A stretch of DNA of 59,601 nucleotides, counting the filler. It is 6 parts of 6 records of this genome, joined end to end, with 100 filler letters (N's around TTAATTAATTAA, not from the genome) between each part and the next. Parts side by side here need not be neighbours in the genome. Positions count along the whole stretch, not along the records: positions 40,175 to 45,765 come from SRR2962707_589; positions 45,866 to 51,033 come from SRR2962707_590; positions 51,134 to 59,601 come from SRR2962707_596; 3 more parts are not named here. The stretch is one strand, 5' to 3'. This document shows, one piece after another, positions 40,201 through 53,435 of this stretch. The notes below the pieces were generated by a model. The model saw only the letters and a list, made by a program, of their open reading frames with translations. It was not told the origin of the DNA and ran no database searches. Within the stretch, counting starts at the first letter, position 1; each line of letters begins with the position of its first letter. The translations under genes were made by a program, and so were the position numbers.

Positions 40201-40963
40201 GGAGGCTGAGGGAGCGAAAGGCGGACTGACTGAAGGCGTTCACCATTCAGAGCTGACTGGGCGTGGGGGAAGAAGGTGCCAATCGCGAGCAGCCCAATTT
40301 TGTGCTTCACAGTTGTACGCGCTGAGAAGCAATAAAATAACCAGCTACAGTACAATTCCAGTAAGATACAAAGCTGCTCGCTGTTTGTTGTCAGCAGTAT
40401 AGGCCCAAAGTCTAAAGCTTCCTCTACTAATTCGTAGTGAAGTTTTCATCACGGAGCTAACCTTTGTGGGAGGCACACAGTTCTCACTCAATTAGGTTTA
40501 GAAAGTCCTTTTTTTGCGTCGAGCCCAGACTTGGCGCTCGGTCCGCAACGTCTTCTCGCTCTTCTCTTCCGTTCCTCTTCCTCCTCTTGGTTCTTCTGCT
40601 TCAGCTTGTTTCGCTTCTGCTTCTGCTTCCACCTTTGCTTCGTGCTATTAGCAAGCGCTTGGACCTTGGTCCAAGCGCGCGTTTTTTTCCGGGCGGGGGG
40701 ATCTACTCACGTGGGTTTTCGCGGCACTTGCTTGCTTTCGTTTGTTTTTGTTTTTGTTTCGCTTTTTTCGCTTGCGCTTCGTGTGTTTGCGACGTCTTAG
40801 TTTCTCTTTTTTCGTGTTCGTCGGGAGCGCCCAAGTTGGAATCGACCGAAAGCCTTTCGAGAATCGCCAAGGCACCTGCGAGCTCGGACTCCGTGCGCAC
40901 GGAGTTGAAGCGACAGCGAGGCTAGGGACGCGTTGGTTTCTGCCCGAGTGGCTCTTTCGAACC

Positions 40964-43900
40964 ATGTCGTGGATCGCCAAGAAGACGATCGATGGGATGG
41001 ACTACTACTACAACGAGTCCACCCACGCTCTCACTTGGGACAAGCCGGACGCGCTCAAGACGGCCGAAGAAAAGCGCGTCGACGATCAGAACCTCGCGTG
41101 GGTTCCCGACGAGGCCGAGTGCTTCGTGGAGGGCCGGGTTGTCAAGGAGGCTGGCTCCAAAGTGACGTTGGAGGGGAAGAACGGCACTCAAGTGACGCTC
41201 CCGAAGGACGCTGTGTGGAGGTACACGCCATCGTCCCTCACGCGCCTTGAAAACGACATTGTCATGCTCGACTTCGTCAACACTGCGCAGATTCTCTACA
41301 CGCTCAAGAAGCGCTACGAGCGAAACGAAATCTACACCTGGGTGGGTGCGGCGCACTCTGTGCTCATCAGCGTTAACCCCTACCAGTCCCTGCCGCTGTA
41401 CACTCCGCAGACTATCGAAGACCATTGGCAACCACCCGCCAACCAAGTGCTGGCTCCGCACACATATGACATCGCGCGTCGTGCGTACTTGCACTTGAAC
41501 ATCGACCAGCAGGACCAAGCCATTTTGATCTCGGGCGAGTCGGGTGCCGGCAAAACTGAGTGTGCGAAGCAGTGCTTTTCTTTTTTGGCAGAGGTTGCCG
41601 GATCGGACAGCAACGTTGAGAACAAGATCCTTATGGCAAACCCCGTTCTCGAAACGTTTGGTAATGCCAAAACCCTTCGCAACAACAACTCTTCGCGTTT
41701 CGGTGCGTGCCTATTTCATCCCACCGAGCCTCTGTTTGCGGCCGGCCCCGCATTCTTTTGTTTGTTTTGTTTTCCGCCTTCGTTTCGTGCGTCGAGTCTC
41801 ACTTGCTGTGCATCTGTGCTTCCGTTCAACGAATTGGAATGCAGGTAAGTGGGTTGAAATCCACTTCAACAACCAAGGAAAGATCGAGTCCGCAAACATC
41901 GAGAATTACCTGCTGGAGAAGTCGCGCCTGATCCACCAGCAGACCAATGAGCGCAACTTCCACATCTTCTACCAGTTGTTGTCCTCTCGATCCCACCGGA
42001 GTCGTTTCAAGCTCGGCAACGTATGTACCGTTTGGTTTTTTTTGGTGAAGCTGCTGGCTCGCATCTTGCACAGTTGCAATGCGCTGCGGTGTTCCTCCTT
42101 TGTTCTGACGCGTCGTGTTTTCCCGCCGTGGACTGTAGGCCGAAGATTTTGCTTTTCTCGCTCAGTCTGGCTGCGTGAAGGTTGATGGAATCGACGACGT
42201 TGCCGACTTTGACGAGTTGAACCGTGCCTTTGCACAGCTTAACATTCCAGAGGAAGAAGTCGACTGGGTTCTTTCCACAGTTGCTGGCATTTTGTGGCTT
42301 GGCAACCTTACCTTCGAAGCGGTCACCATCAAAGGAACCGCTGGCTTGGGCTCGCGCGTGGCCAGCGACCCGGCGCTTGTCAACGCCGCGGAATTTCTTC
42401 ACGTCAAGAAGGAGCACCTTGCCAAGGCTGTGACGCAGCGCACCATTGTCGTGAACCGTCAGCGCACCACTATCCCCCTAGACCCTCATGGAGCTCGCGA
42501 TGCAGTTGCTGCCTTGGCCAAGAGCATCTACGGCAAGCTCTTTGACTGGCTTGTTCGCCGCATCAACAATGCAACCAAGGGAGAAAAAGGAAAGTTCATC
42601 GGAGTTCTTGATATCTTCGGTTTCGAGATTTTCGAGCGCAACTCTTTTGAGCAGCTGTGCATCAACTACGCTAACGAGAAGCTGCAGCAACACTTCAACA
42701 AGCAGACTTTCAAGGAAGAAGAGGCAGTGTACGTGTCTGAGGCCATCAAGTTTGACCCAGTCCCGTTCATCGACAACCAGCCTGTCTTGCGTCTCATCGA
42801 GGGCAAGCCCAGCGGGCTCCTTGTGGCTCTGGACGACGCCCTGAAAGTTGGCAAAACCACTGACGAAAAGTGGGTGTCGCTCATGGACTCGGCGCATGGC
42901 ACAAAGGACTGCTACCCACTGGACGCCAAGCTCCGCCGCAAGTTTCCGCTTATGTTCCAGGTGAACCACTACGCGGGGTTGGTGCGCTATGATGCCGAGG
43001 GCTTCTTGGAAAAGAACAAAGACACGCTTTTCCTTGATGGCGAGGAGGCACTGTCGTCGTCCGCACACCCACTAATGGCGCACATGTACCGCAAGAAGAA
43101 AAGCAGTGGACCACGTCAGGCAAGTACGGCTGCAGGGCGCTTCCGCAAGCAATTGTCCTCTCTCATGGTCACACTCAACAAGTGCGAGCCCGGCTACATT
43201 CGCTGCATCAAGCCGAACAGCAACAAGGCAAAGTTGCAATTCGATTCCCGCATGTGCATGGAACAGCTCCGCTATGCCGGCGTTTACGAAGCGGTGGCCA
43301 TCCGCAAGATTGGCTACCCGTTCCGCCTGTCGCACAAGCAGTTTTTGTCGCGTTTCAACTGCATTCTGATGCAGGACGATCGCACTTGGCTGCCAATCAG
43401 TGGAACGACGCCGCAAGAAAGGATTGCTTCTCTCATCTCGCAGGCCGCAGCTGATGTATCGGGGATTGTCATCGGCCGAACCATGTGCCTGTACCGCGCA
43501 CGCGAGCACCGCTTGCTGATGCTCATGCGCCACTTGGCTCTGGAGCGCCTGGTGCCCGATTGCCAGCGTGTGGTGCGTGGGTTTTTCGCGCGCGAGATGA
43601 AGCGCCGCCTTTTGCGCGCAAACGCCGAATTGAAGAAAGCGCTGGACATCGGAAATGACATTGCGCTGTTGGAGGGCGCCATGGCCCGCAGCACAGACAT
43701 CATCGGGTCTTTTGCGTCCATGTTCAAGTTCAATCCTCCGTTGTTGGAGGCTTGCACCGTCCTCATCCGAAAGTTGGAGCAGTGGACTGCTGTGACAAAG
43801 GAGTTTGAGCGACTCGAACAGCTCAACCCCAACAATTGCTTTGCTGAGTTGGCGTCGGCTGTCAACTTGGCTGAGTCCATCATGGAGATTCCGCACACCG

Positions 43901-45574
43901 AGTTCCAGACCCGCATGTTCGAGTTCAGCAAGAAGCGGCTTGCAGAGTGCGCCGCCGTGACAATTGACCCAGAAGCCCGCGAGGCGCTTGAACTCCTTGA
44001 TCGGGACCGGATGGTCAAGATTCTTGATGAAGCACGCGAAAAGCTGTACAATTCTCCCGAGCTGGAAGAAATTGCAGACATCCTTTCGTGGCCGGAGTCC
44101 AAGTTTGTGAAAGCACAGCTCAAGCGCGCAGTTGAACTGAAGGACGAGGTGCGTCGGGTGCTGGGGTGGTTTTCGTTTTTTGTTGGTTCTGTCGCAACTG
44201 GCGCGCCGTGCTAATCGATCGGATTCTGCTTGCTTGCAACTTGTCAGACGCGCAAAATGACGCGAGAGATCCGATTGACGGAGATCTACTTGGAAGAGCA
44301 CAAAATGCAGTTCGAGTTCACCAAGTACACGCACTTGCGGCACCCCGTGGATTTCGCCTCCCGATCATGGATCCCATGGAAGCGCAAAGAGCTGGCCAAA
44401 AACATGCTGGTGCACCAAGTGGCCCCGCTTCATGCATCCCTCACTGACTTTGACGTCAAGTCACGCGCCTTGCACAAGTGCATTCTCGGGTTTATGGGAG
44501 ACCGCAAGTACCCCAATCGCAACGACTTGGCCGTGGAGCTCGTCACGCAGGGTTTTGACTCAGCGGAGATTTCGACAGAGATTTTCTGCATTATCATCAA
44601 GCAACTCACCAAAAATGTGGAGACAAACATGCCCAGTCCCGAAGCCTCGCGCGATGGACGTGCGCTGATGGCGCTGTGCTGCAGCTGTCTTGTCATCGAC
44701 CCCGTTTTTGAAAACTTCCTCCTCTCGTACCTCATGTTCAAACTTGGACTGGATGGTTCCAAGATGGTTGCCACGCTCAACAAGCGCAAGTATAAGGGCA
44801 ACATTTACACATCGCCCCCTTCGGTGTGTGTTGAAGGCTGTTGTTGTTGTGGTTGTTTCGCCCGTTGTGATTGTAGAAGTGGAAGCTGACTCCGGGCTGT
44901 TGGTCTTGCATTTCATTTGCTCACTTGTTCACCAGGCCAACGAAGTCCAAGGCGTGATCGACCGGGTGTTTGCCCTCGAGGGGCGGTCTGCTGCTGACCG
45001 CACACCCGCAAACTTCTCACGGCAACGAAGTATCTTTGGATTCCGAGATGGCATGGCCGGCAAAATCCCACAAGCCGCACTCGATGCTGCTGAAGCCGCC
45101 GCAACGGCCGATTACGAGGACGCCCTCGACCATAATGCTGGCGCTGCAGAAGCGGAGGCAACACTAGCAAAGGCTGATGATGATGCCGCGGCACCGGCTC
45201 AGGTCGAGAGTGCCAGCAGTAGTGGTGGTGGTGGTGCCGCTGCTTCCGCTGCTCCCGCTGCAGCGGAGCCAAAGGTGACGAAGGTGCAAGGGCGCAAGCT
45301 TGCAATTGCAGGGTGGAACTTCGACCCACCAATGCACGACGAGAACATGCTGGCCTTCAAAGAAGGCGAGACGCTGGTCATTCTCGAGACGGTGAGTTTG
45401 TTGGCACGCTAAAATGTTGGTTGAGGGCTCGATTGCCTCGTTGGCCTGCACGCAAAAGCAAGCTCTGATGCATTGTTCTTTTGCTCACAGGCTGATGACG
45501 GTTGGTGGCTTGCCACTTCCGAAGACGGCTCTCGGCGTGGCTACATTCCACAGAACTACATCCAGGAGGTGTAA
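40964..45574 (+). CDS. Class IV-like myosin (WW - motor - IQ - MyTH4 - SH3), six exons, about 1346 aa
   Basis: Exons 40964-41702, 41845-42020, 42139-44148, 44248-44823, 44936-45391 and 45491-45574 splice in frame through GT-AG introns. WW (W...YYYN...TWDKP), [23 protein letters not shown], MyTH4-like ([19 protein letters not shown]) and SH3 (LAFKEGE..GWW..GYIPQNY). Confidence 0.9.
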
Positions 45575-45735
45575 TGCACCGCCCTCCTCGCCTCCCGCTT
45601 GGACCCGGGGCTCAGCGGAAGGCTTTGTGCTGTCGGATTTTTAATTTTTTTGTTTTTCTCGCAATGCCTTCCCAGACTGCAGGTCCCGACCTATAATTTA
45701 AAATGATAATTTCGCCGCTTCGCCCGAACGGCGGT

Positions 45736-45765
45736 TGGCGTGGCGTGGCGTGGCGTGGCGTGGCG
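45736..45765. repeat. (TGGCG)6 microsatellite at the contig end
   Basis: Six perfect TGGCG units. Confidence 0.9.
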
Positions 45766-45865
45766 NNNNNNNNNNNNNNNNNNNNNNNNNNNNNNNNNNN
45801 NNNNNNNNNTTAATTAATTAANNNNNNNNNNNNNNNNNNNNNNNNNNNNNNNNNNNNNNNNNNNN
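45766..45865. other. Artificial contig spacer
   Basis: N44-TTAATTAATTAA-N44. Confidence 0.98.
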
Positions 45866-48800
45866 CTTCTTCTTCTTCTTCTTCTTCTTTTCCTTTTTCT
45901 GTTTCTTGGACGATTTCTGAACGTCATCGTTTCCGCTGTTGCCCGAGCTCGCCACGTCAACAAGACTTTTGCGACGATGCTTTTTGTGTTCCTTTTTTCG
46001 TTCGTTGCGGCGACTACTTCGCTTGCCACGTTTTCTGCGCGAACCACGCTCGTCATCGGATTCGGCAGTTTCGCTGCCGCTGTTTCGAGGAACATCATTG
46101 GTGGTATCGTCGGGGTCCACAGACGTGGTGTCCGTGGGTTTAGCAATTGGCGTCCCAGCGTCGTTGTTCTGCAACTTCAGACGCAGACGTGCTTTTCTCG
46201 CTTTGGCCACTTGCTGGGCTGCTTTTTCTTTTTCCTGCAAAGCAGCAAAACATGGTGGCAAAAGTGACGACTTCAAACCAGTGAACAGTGGGAACGTTCA
46301 CTCTCAGACGTGCTGGAAACTGACCGACACTTTCTTCGGTGGCTGAAGGAATTTGAGTAGATTCGACAGCTGGTGAAGGTAGCACGTTCCCGGCGTTCAG
46401 TCCCGTTCGTAACGCAGTCATTCAAGCCACTGTGAGATTGCATTATTTCGTGTGCCAACCAGCAAGCTCTCACACCAAATGCAATGTAGCCAACGCACAT
46501 CAAGACCCCAAATGAGTTTTCTTCGAACGGCTTCGAAGTCAGGCATTTCTTCCTCGATTTTCATTTCTGTCAGCCAGAGCCTGAACAAAGCGAAATGGGC
46601 CGAACAATATTAAACAACCAATGCTATCTGTTCGCCAAGCAAAGCCACAAAAATACTCAGTGCAATCTTACATGCTCTGACGATCAATAGCGGAAGCTAT
46701 TCGAAACATTTTGTACCTATCAAGCACACCGAAGGCTTTCAGTCAGTGCAACCGTTGTGCCGTCACGAACAGTTGCAGCACCAAATCTCCCACGATGCGA
46801 CACCAACCACGGGGTCCGGCATATCAGAAACGAAAGAGCATCGGCACTCTTTTCAAGAGCGCGGATCCACAGCTCTTCCAGCGAGTGCGCGAGGTTGCGA
46901 AACAGGTGGCAGTAATAATACCTACCGGACCGACAGCGGTCAGTGACGCCGCACAAGCATTGTTGGGCCATGTGGTGGTTGTGAAGCGCAAAAACTCACT
47001 TGCAGAAACTTACATTCTGGCTGACCGAACCCCTTGGCGGCGCACAAATTTTGAATCTTGTTTGTCCATTCTGTGCTGCCGCTCAACGCCCTCCAGCGCA
47101 TCGTCGCTGGCACTCAAGCCTTCTGAGGACGAGCTTCCATCAGTTGATAGGAGCGCCTCATCGGTGTTTTGCTCTGATTCAGCGCTGTCAGTCAGCGCTG
47201 CTTCAGCGTTCTGCCAACAATGGGCACAGCAGGAAAATGAATCAGCATACGATGAACATGTTGCTCTTGCCACTGTACCACCTCATGCAGTGAAGCTGTG
47301 GAAGTAACAACCTTCCGCTTGGCTTTCTTTTTTTGTTTTTTGCTGGATTTGCGCTGCGAGCCGTTTTGACGCGCTCGTCGACGCTTTTCCCGATCTTTCC
47401 GGAACTGCTCCCTCGCCTTTCGCCGTTTTCGTCGCGCACGCTCCTGGATTGACATTGAGCAGCATGCAGCAGACGTTGGGCATGGTAGAGCACGATGGAC
47501 AAGACAGGCCATACTTCATCAATGAACGTGATACCTTGGCTTGGTCCTGGCGCTCAACAAAAGCGCGGAATTTAATTAGCCGTGCTTTGCGTACTTCAAC
47601 TATACTCATGGAACGATAGGCTTCCACTTCTTCCGGTGTGTCCTCCAAGCCTTCAATGTCTGTGAAGTCGTTTAATTCTTCTGCATCTGAAGACATGGAT
47701 GAAGACGACGATGACACATCGGAATCACCAGCTTGGCGTCGCGTTGCGCGGTCGGTTTGCCGTTGAACCTATGGTGTGATGCGGGCCGCCGTGAGTTGCA
47801 GAACGCTCCACGCAACCAGAATCGCGAGCGCAGTTGAGTGAACAAACTTTTTCTCGAACACGTTTCTTGATGCGATGGATCATCTTTCTTCTCTTTTTCG
47901 CTGTGATTTGCGTCTTTTTTCGACAAATGGCATTGAACACACAGAAATTAGCTCTGAAATCGCACCCGTGCAAAGCGGCGGAAACGCGAGTCATGGCGAG
48001 TTTCAAACCTCCTTCGCATCATCCAACGCCCGTTTTTCGCTTAAATAATCCGCGATTAGCTTTGCAAAATCGGCAATGTATCTGGTGTACGTCACAACCT
48101 GTCAAATCCCACAGACGTTCGCCTGTTCGGCAATGACACGTCACACAAGCCACACACCTTGACAACTGATTTACAAGAGCTTCCTCTGCTGCCCGACGCC
48201 TTTCGCTTTTTCTCGTGCCGTCGCCTTCGCCCCAACCCAGGTGGCTGACAAAAGAAGGAGCAAGCTTTTTGTTTTCGACTGCAACAAGCTGTGTTTTTTC
48301 AGACAGCTCTACCAGCAATCGCACCTTCAGCAATACGCAAGGTATTGTCGTAAACCCAACTGTGCAGCTGAAATTGGCCAATGCGCATCGCGGCCTGAAT
48401 GATGACAAAATACCTGGAAATGCCGGATGGACAACAGTGTCTTCTCACGCTTCACAGCCTGTGTCAATTTCTTGGCCTGTACGACACCGTCACATAATCG
48501 ACTTAGCCTACGAGCAGCAGATGCAAACGGAGCAATTCGACACGAAAGGCTGCAATGACCTCGGCTGCTTGTTCTAGTTGTCTTTTCTCGAGTTTGGCTT
48601 TCTCCACTGCCATAGCTGCTTTAGCTGCAGGGTTGAGGTCAACGCGGCTCGCTGAGTCGGCAACTTTTCCTTTCCCAGCAGCGGCAATGCCGGACAAGTG
48701 GGTGTCGGACTGCTTGCGCCAGCGAAGCAGGGACATGGAGATGTTCACCGATGATGAGAGTGAGTCAGTAGTCGAGGAGCCTCGAAAACGCGGAGTCCCA

Positions 48801-50992
48801 AAATTCCCCATACGGGTGTTGCGCTTTGGGGAGAAGAGCACGTCCAGCGGCAGCAAAACATTCGGGTCGTTCTGCTCACCATCGGCGCCAGCGACCATGG
48901 TGTTCCCAAAGTCCGGCCTGCAGTTAGGTGTGCAGTAGAGCATGGCGCCGCAACAGGTGATAAAATGCATCTCGCACAAACATATAAGGCGAATGGCGGT
49001 CCACAGGGCACATACCTCATTGACATTTCAAAAGGATCAGCCTGGGTGATGGGGTTTCCGCGCGGAGTGACTCCGCGCGTGGGTTGCGGAGTAGGGAACG
49101 GTGGCGACCTTCCGGCCACAGATGTGTTCAGAAGTTTGACTTGTCGATCAATAGCTTGCGCTTCGACAAACTGCGGGTCTAAACCTGAAACGGCAGTCCA
49201 GGTAGTCAGCGAATCACTGGAAGTACAGACTCAACGACGCTCAAAAAAATCCCCACAGCATCCGTCACCAACCAAAGTCCGCGGTGAGAATAACAAGCAG
49301 GTCCTCGACACGGCTGCCGAGGGAGTCGCTAATAATTTTGGCACTCTCAGGCACGGCCTCGCTGTTGAACACGGAGTAAAACAGAAGCTGCAGCAACGCA
49401 GCAATGTACCTAAGCGACGTAAACACAAAGCCTATGAAACTGAAACTAATTTTGTAAATGTAGAATGCAGTCAGGCTCCCAATTGCGGGGGTGTGAGCTA
49501 GAGGACGAACTTGAGTTGTTGCAGTGAATGCTGCGCTTCAGATGGCTCACATAGAGCGCGAAGCTGTCCAACCACGAAACAAAGCATGGCAGTTGATGTG
49601 AAGAAGCAACGCTTGATTCGCTGATCGTGCACAATGGCACTTGATAGTTCCCGAATGGCGTGACTGGACAGCACAAAAGGTTGCACAGTCAACCAATGAC
49701 CGCGTTTAGGGTGGACAACCGCCCACACCAAAAGCAAACAATGCTAGCTTGCACCTGCGAGCAGGAATATTGCTGGACGTCCTGCGAATGATATCTCGCT
49801 CAATGCCGGCATAAAGTTGCTGAATGTGCGACAGCCCAACCCGCCGAACGGCCTTTGCAGCGGCCTTCATTCAACGTGCACAGAACGTACAGGTCACGTT
49901 CGCGCAATATTATGACGTACAGTGAGAACAGCATCGACACATCAGCATCTACTGTAACCTGCTTGGCGGCGTCGCCACCAATGTGTTCGGCAAGTCCACG
50001 CTGATCTTTTGCAGTTTTTCGGTCTGGAACAGAGCATTATCAAAAAGTAAAAGATAGAATCGAGCCAAAAACTTCACGGAGCACACTACACCAACATCGA
50101 TACCTTTGCGTGTGGGTACCACCATCGCAGCAGCAATGGGAATCCCCAAAGCCTTGCGCAACAGCACGTTAATCCACGCGCGGCGCAGGTGCTTGTACAT
50201 GAGTCCAGCATGTTCCCAGGTAACAATCTGAACCTGCAGCCAAAAATGAACAGGTTGACACGGTGGTCCTAACGGATGCAAAAATGGCCTTGTACGCTCA
50301 GCCAGGACTAGGAAAAAAGACGTACTTGCTGCAGTTTTTCGTCGTTATATTGAGCTCGAACAAGCCCAGCGACAGGATCGACCCGCGGGCTGTGCGCAAT
50401 TGTCGCATAAAGTGTCTTGCTGCCAGCAACACACAAAAGCACACAATGACCAAAACACGTTGTCAGAGTGCAGACGTCTATCGTCCCACCGTATGCGCAC
50501 TGCGTACAGACCTTTGCAATTTTAGGTCCGAAAAAACTGGATCACCGGCGCCATGCTCTAGAATGTGTATTTCATCGAAGGGAACTCGAATGGACTCTTT
50601 TGCCTGCAGTGACCACGACCAACAAATCAAGTGCCACGAAAATGATGAGAAGTAGCCGCCGCAATGATTGCCTTATTTTTTCCTTCCTTTCGCTTGCGCA
50701 CCTTCTTTTTCTGCTTCTGCGGCACTGCCCAAACGCTGTTCTCTGCGACAATGATTGTCCTGTACTCCCTGTCTTTTCCGTCGTTCCAAATCAGGACACC
50801 GACCTGGGCACCAGCATGCCAGTATCATTGGCAAATTAGCGATCGCGCACGCATTCACAGCTGCCCACCCTGCACACACATGCCACCTGTGAACAAAATA
50901 CTCACATCGTCACGGTAACGTTCTGCGTCCAGCTCATCGTTGAAGTCCCAAGCAGGCTGCGGTTTGCGCAGGTGAGGTTTGTTGCTCTTCAT
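45866..50992 (-). CDS. Many-exon gene of unknown function with a Lys/Arg-rich C-terminal region, 3'-truncated
   Basis: ATG 50992. The first exons 50992-50906, 50803-50702 and 50603-~50512 splice in frame (MKSNKPHLRK...VGVLIWNDGKDREYRTIIVAENSVWAVP...AKESIRVPFDEI). Further minus-strand ORF blocks continue to the (AAG)n tract at the contig edge. Internal exons are not fully resolved, so this could be more than one gene. Confidence 0.5.
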
Positions 50993-51033
50993 TTTTTTCA
51001 CCCCGCCCTCTTTCTTTTTGCGAGAGCCGGGGA

Positions 51034-51133
51034 NNNNNNNNNNNNNNNNNNNNNNNNNNNNNNNNNNNNNNNNNNNNTTAATTAATTAANNNNNNNNNNN
51101 NNNNNNNNNNNNNNNNNNNNNNNNNNNNNNNNN
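51034..51133. other. Artificial contig spacer
   Basis: N44-TTAATTAATTAA-N44. Confidence 0.98.
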
Positions 51134-51272
51134 TCTCCCTCCCTCCTCCCTCCTCCCTCCCTCTTTCGGAATACCCAAGAGAGAGAAGAAGAAAGCGGCG
51201 GAAAAACAGCTGCAAAAAACAGGAAGTAGACAACTGCCGCGCAGGAGCGTTCCAGGTCTTCACGCACGAGTG

Positions 51273-53204
51273 ATGCTCGGGCACGCGGCATTCTCTCGGC
51301 AGTTTCAACTGCGATGCCTGTGCCGAGCCTGGCCTCGCAAGCTTTCGGCTGCGCGGTCCTCCGCGACTGGCAGCGGATCTAACGCACCTGGAAGCAGCAG
51401 CAGCAGCAGCAGCGCTAGCACTAGCACTAGCACTAGCGCAAGCAAGATGACCATCATCAACACAGGGGCCCAATACAACAATGAGCGCACAGGCACTGAG
51501 CAGTTGGGGTCGCACGTGTGGGCGAAAGTGTTTGAGGATGTGCCAATGAACGGACATTTGCAGTGCAATTTGGGGTCCGCGGCGCTTGCTGGTGCTGGCG
51601 CTGATCCTGCTGCGGGGTCGGCTGCCAGCAGTGAGGGATGCGGATTCGATGTGCAGTTGTTCCCGACGTGGTCCGAGAGATGCGAAATTCAATACCACGC
51701 GCCTGCTAGTACCGGTGTTGCAGACAGTGATGTGTTTGTGGCTGAGCAAAGTGGCAGCCGCGGCCAAAACATCTCTCTGTGCGTCAGTGAGACGACCCCT
51801 GGAGGCTCCCTGGGCCATGCTCAGGACTCTGCCCGCGGCGTTCTCAAAATTTTCCTTCCCGAACATTTCTGTTTCTCCCTCACTGGTGATGACGTAAATA
51901 TCGACATCAAGGATAAGCTGCAAGGGCCTGTTTCAGTGAAGGTGGGGCGAGGGGATTTACTGGTGAACAAAATCAGAGGTGACTTGGTTGAGCTCATTAC
52001 CGGAGATGGTTGCATCAATGTGACGAAAGTTGCCGAGGGCGAAGTAAGGCTTGCAGCAACCCAGGATATTCGCGCCAAGACACTACTCGGGCCGTCGGTA
52101 GAGATTTTGGTGACGGAAGACGATGGCAGTGTGGACCTTGGGGCTGTGTACAGTCGCGTAATTCGTGTGACAACTCGCGCAGGTTCGTTGTTGCTTCACC
52201 GAGAGAAAGCACTCCGTTTGTTTTACTGCGATGGTGCCACATTTTTAACGTTTGAGAGGGTGCTGTGGTTGTGTAGGAGGTGACGTTGGCGTTGGATCAG
52301 TGCACGGAATAATTGATGTGGACGCCGGTGGTGCTATCCGCGTGGATGGCGTGAATGGGCAGGCTAATTTGATCACCTCTGGACGAGACAGTTCAATCAA
52401 AGCTCATTTTGACAAGCTCTCTCATTCAGCGATAAACCACTTGCGCACGTAAGTGCGAAGCAAAGCCAGCTTGCGACTCACATGATAATGCACAAACGCA
52501 GTTCATGTGCACAGTTACTGTCCAATTTAGCTCACCGGCACTGCCACTTTTGGTTGCTGATGCCATTTGCACAGCTGTGGTGGCGATGCCTCGGTTACCT
52601 TCACTTCACCAGTGAAGGTTAACCTTGTGGCTGCGTCTAAAGCAGCGGCTGAAGCTTCTGCAACGACAGATCAGCGCATTTTCTTAGGAAAAAGCATGCA
52701 GCATTTTAAGGGCTCCGTGGACAGTGCTTTGCTGGAGGGCGAGCTTGTTGTGCTGGATGTTCATGACTGGGACTCACGGGTTGGTATTGCGCTTTGTTGC
52801 CAGCTAAACTGAAGCCATCCTGCTCCAATCGCCAACACTCGAGAGTAGGCTGTGCCTGTTCTCTGAAAGTCTTCTGTTATACATGTACCGACTGCGGTCT
52901 CAACAAAGGAGGGAACTAATTCAGGGAAAATAACGCACTCGGGGCGGACGCAGGCGGTTGGTTGAATACTCTCACCTGCAGCTCCAATTTGATTTGTGGT
53001 ATGTACTGTGTCAAAAGGAAAAACTGAATTTTGGAGCTTTTGCAAAACTCTGCTTTGTAGGCGATGTCTTTTCTGCCGGCCACAAATGATGAAACGCCAG
53101 TGGTGGATGTGCAGTCTTCGAATGGCGGGCGCATTAGTTTCGATGTGTGGAGCTGGCTTGATTTGATGAGCAAGCAGATTGGGCTCCCGAAACCAGAATG
53201 GTGA
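51273..53204 (+). CDS. FAM185A-like (DUF4097 beta-repeat) protein with a probable mitochondrial presequence, five exons
   Basis: Exons 51273-52182, 52277-52448, 52575-52779, 52870-52956 and 53061-53204 join in frame. The N-terminus is Arg-rich with no acidic residues, there are repeated 'G(D/S/C)(I/V/L)x(V/L)' beta motifs, and the C-terminus is GRISFDVWSWLDLMSK. Confidence 0.62.
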
Positions 53205-53435
53205 TTATGATGTCGAAGGTCACTTCCTGCAGCATCAAGCAAAAGTGAGCTCGATTTGTGTCGAGAATGCGTTGCAACGACCCAGCAAAAGATGATGATG
53301 CAGCAATAACATGCAACGCCTGTCGTGTATGGTGTATGTAGTGTGGAAACTCTCAGCCAGACGCTCGGCTGAAAATTCAAAATAAAAAACTGTAAAATAA
53401 GTCGTTTTGAAAATAAAGAATTCACGAAAAAGAAT

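Noticed and set aside
40464..40963. ORFs upstream of the myosin WW domain, including the N-terminal extension of ORF 40742
   Set aside because: Pyrimidine-rich low-complexity leader sequence; the WW domain starts at ATG 40964.
41703..45490. Frameshifted myosin pseudogene or alternative genetic code
   Set aside because: Canonical GT-AG introns restore the frame and all motor motifs under the standard code.
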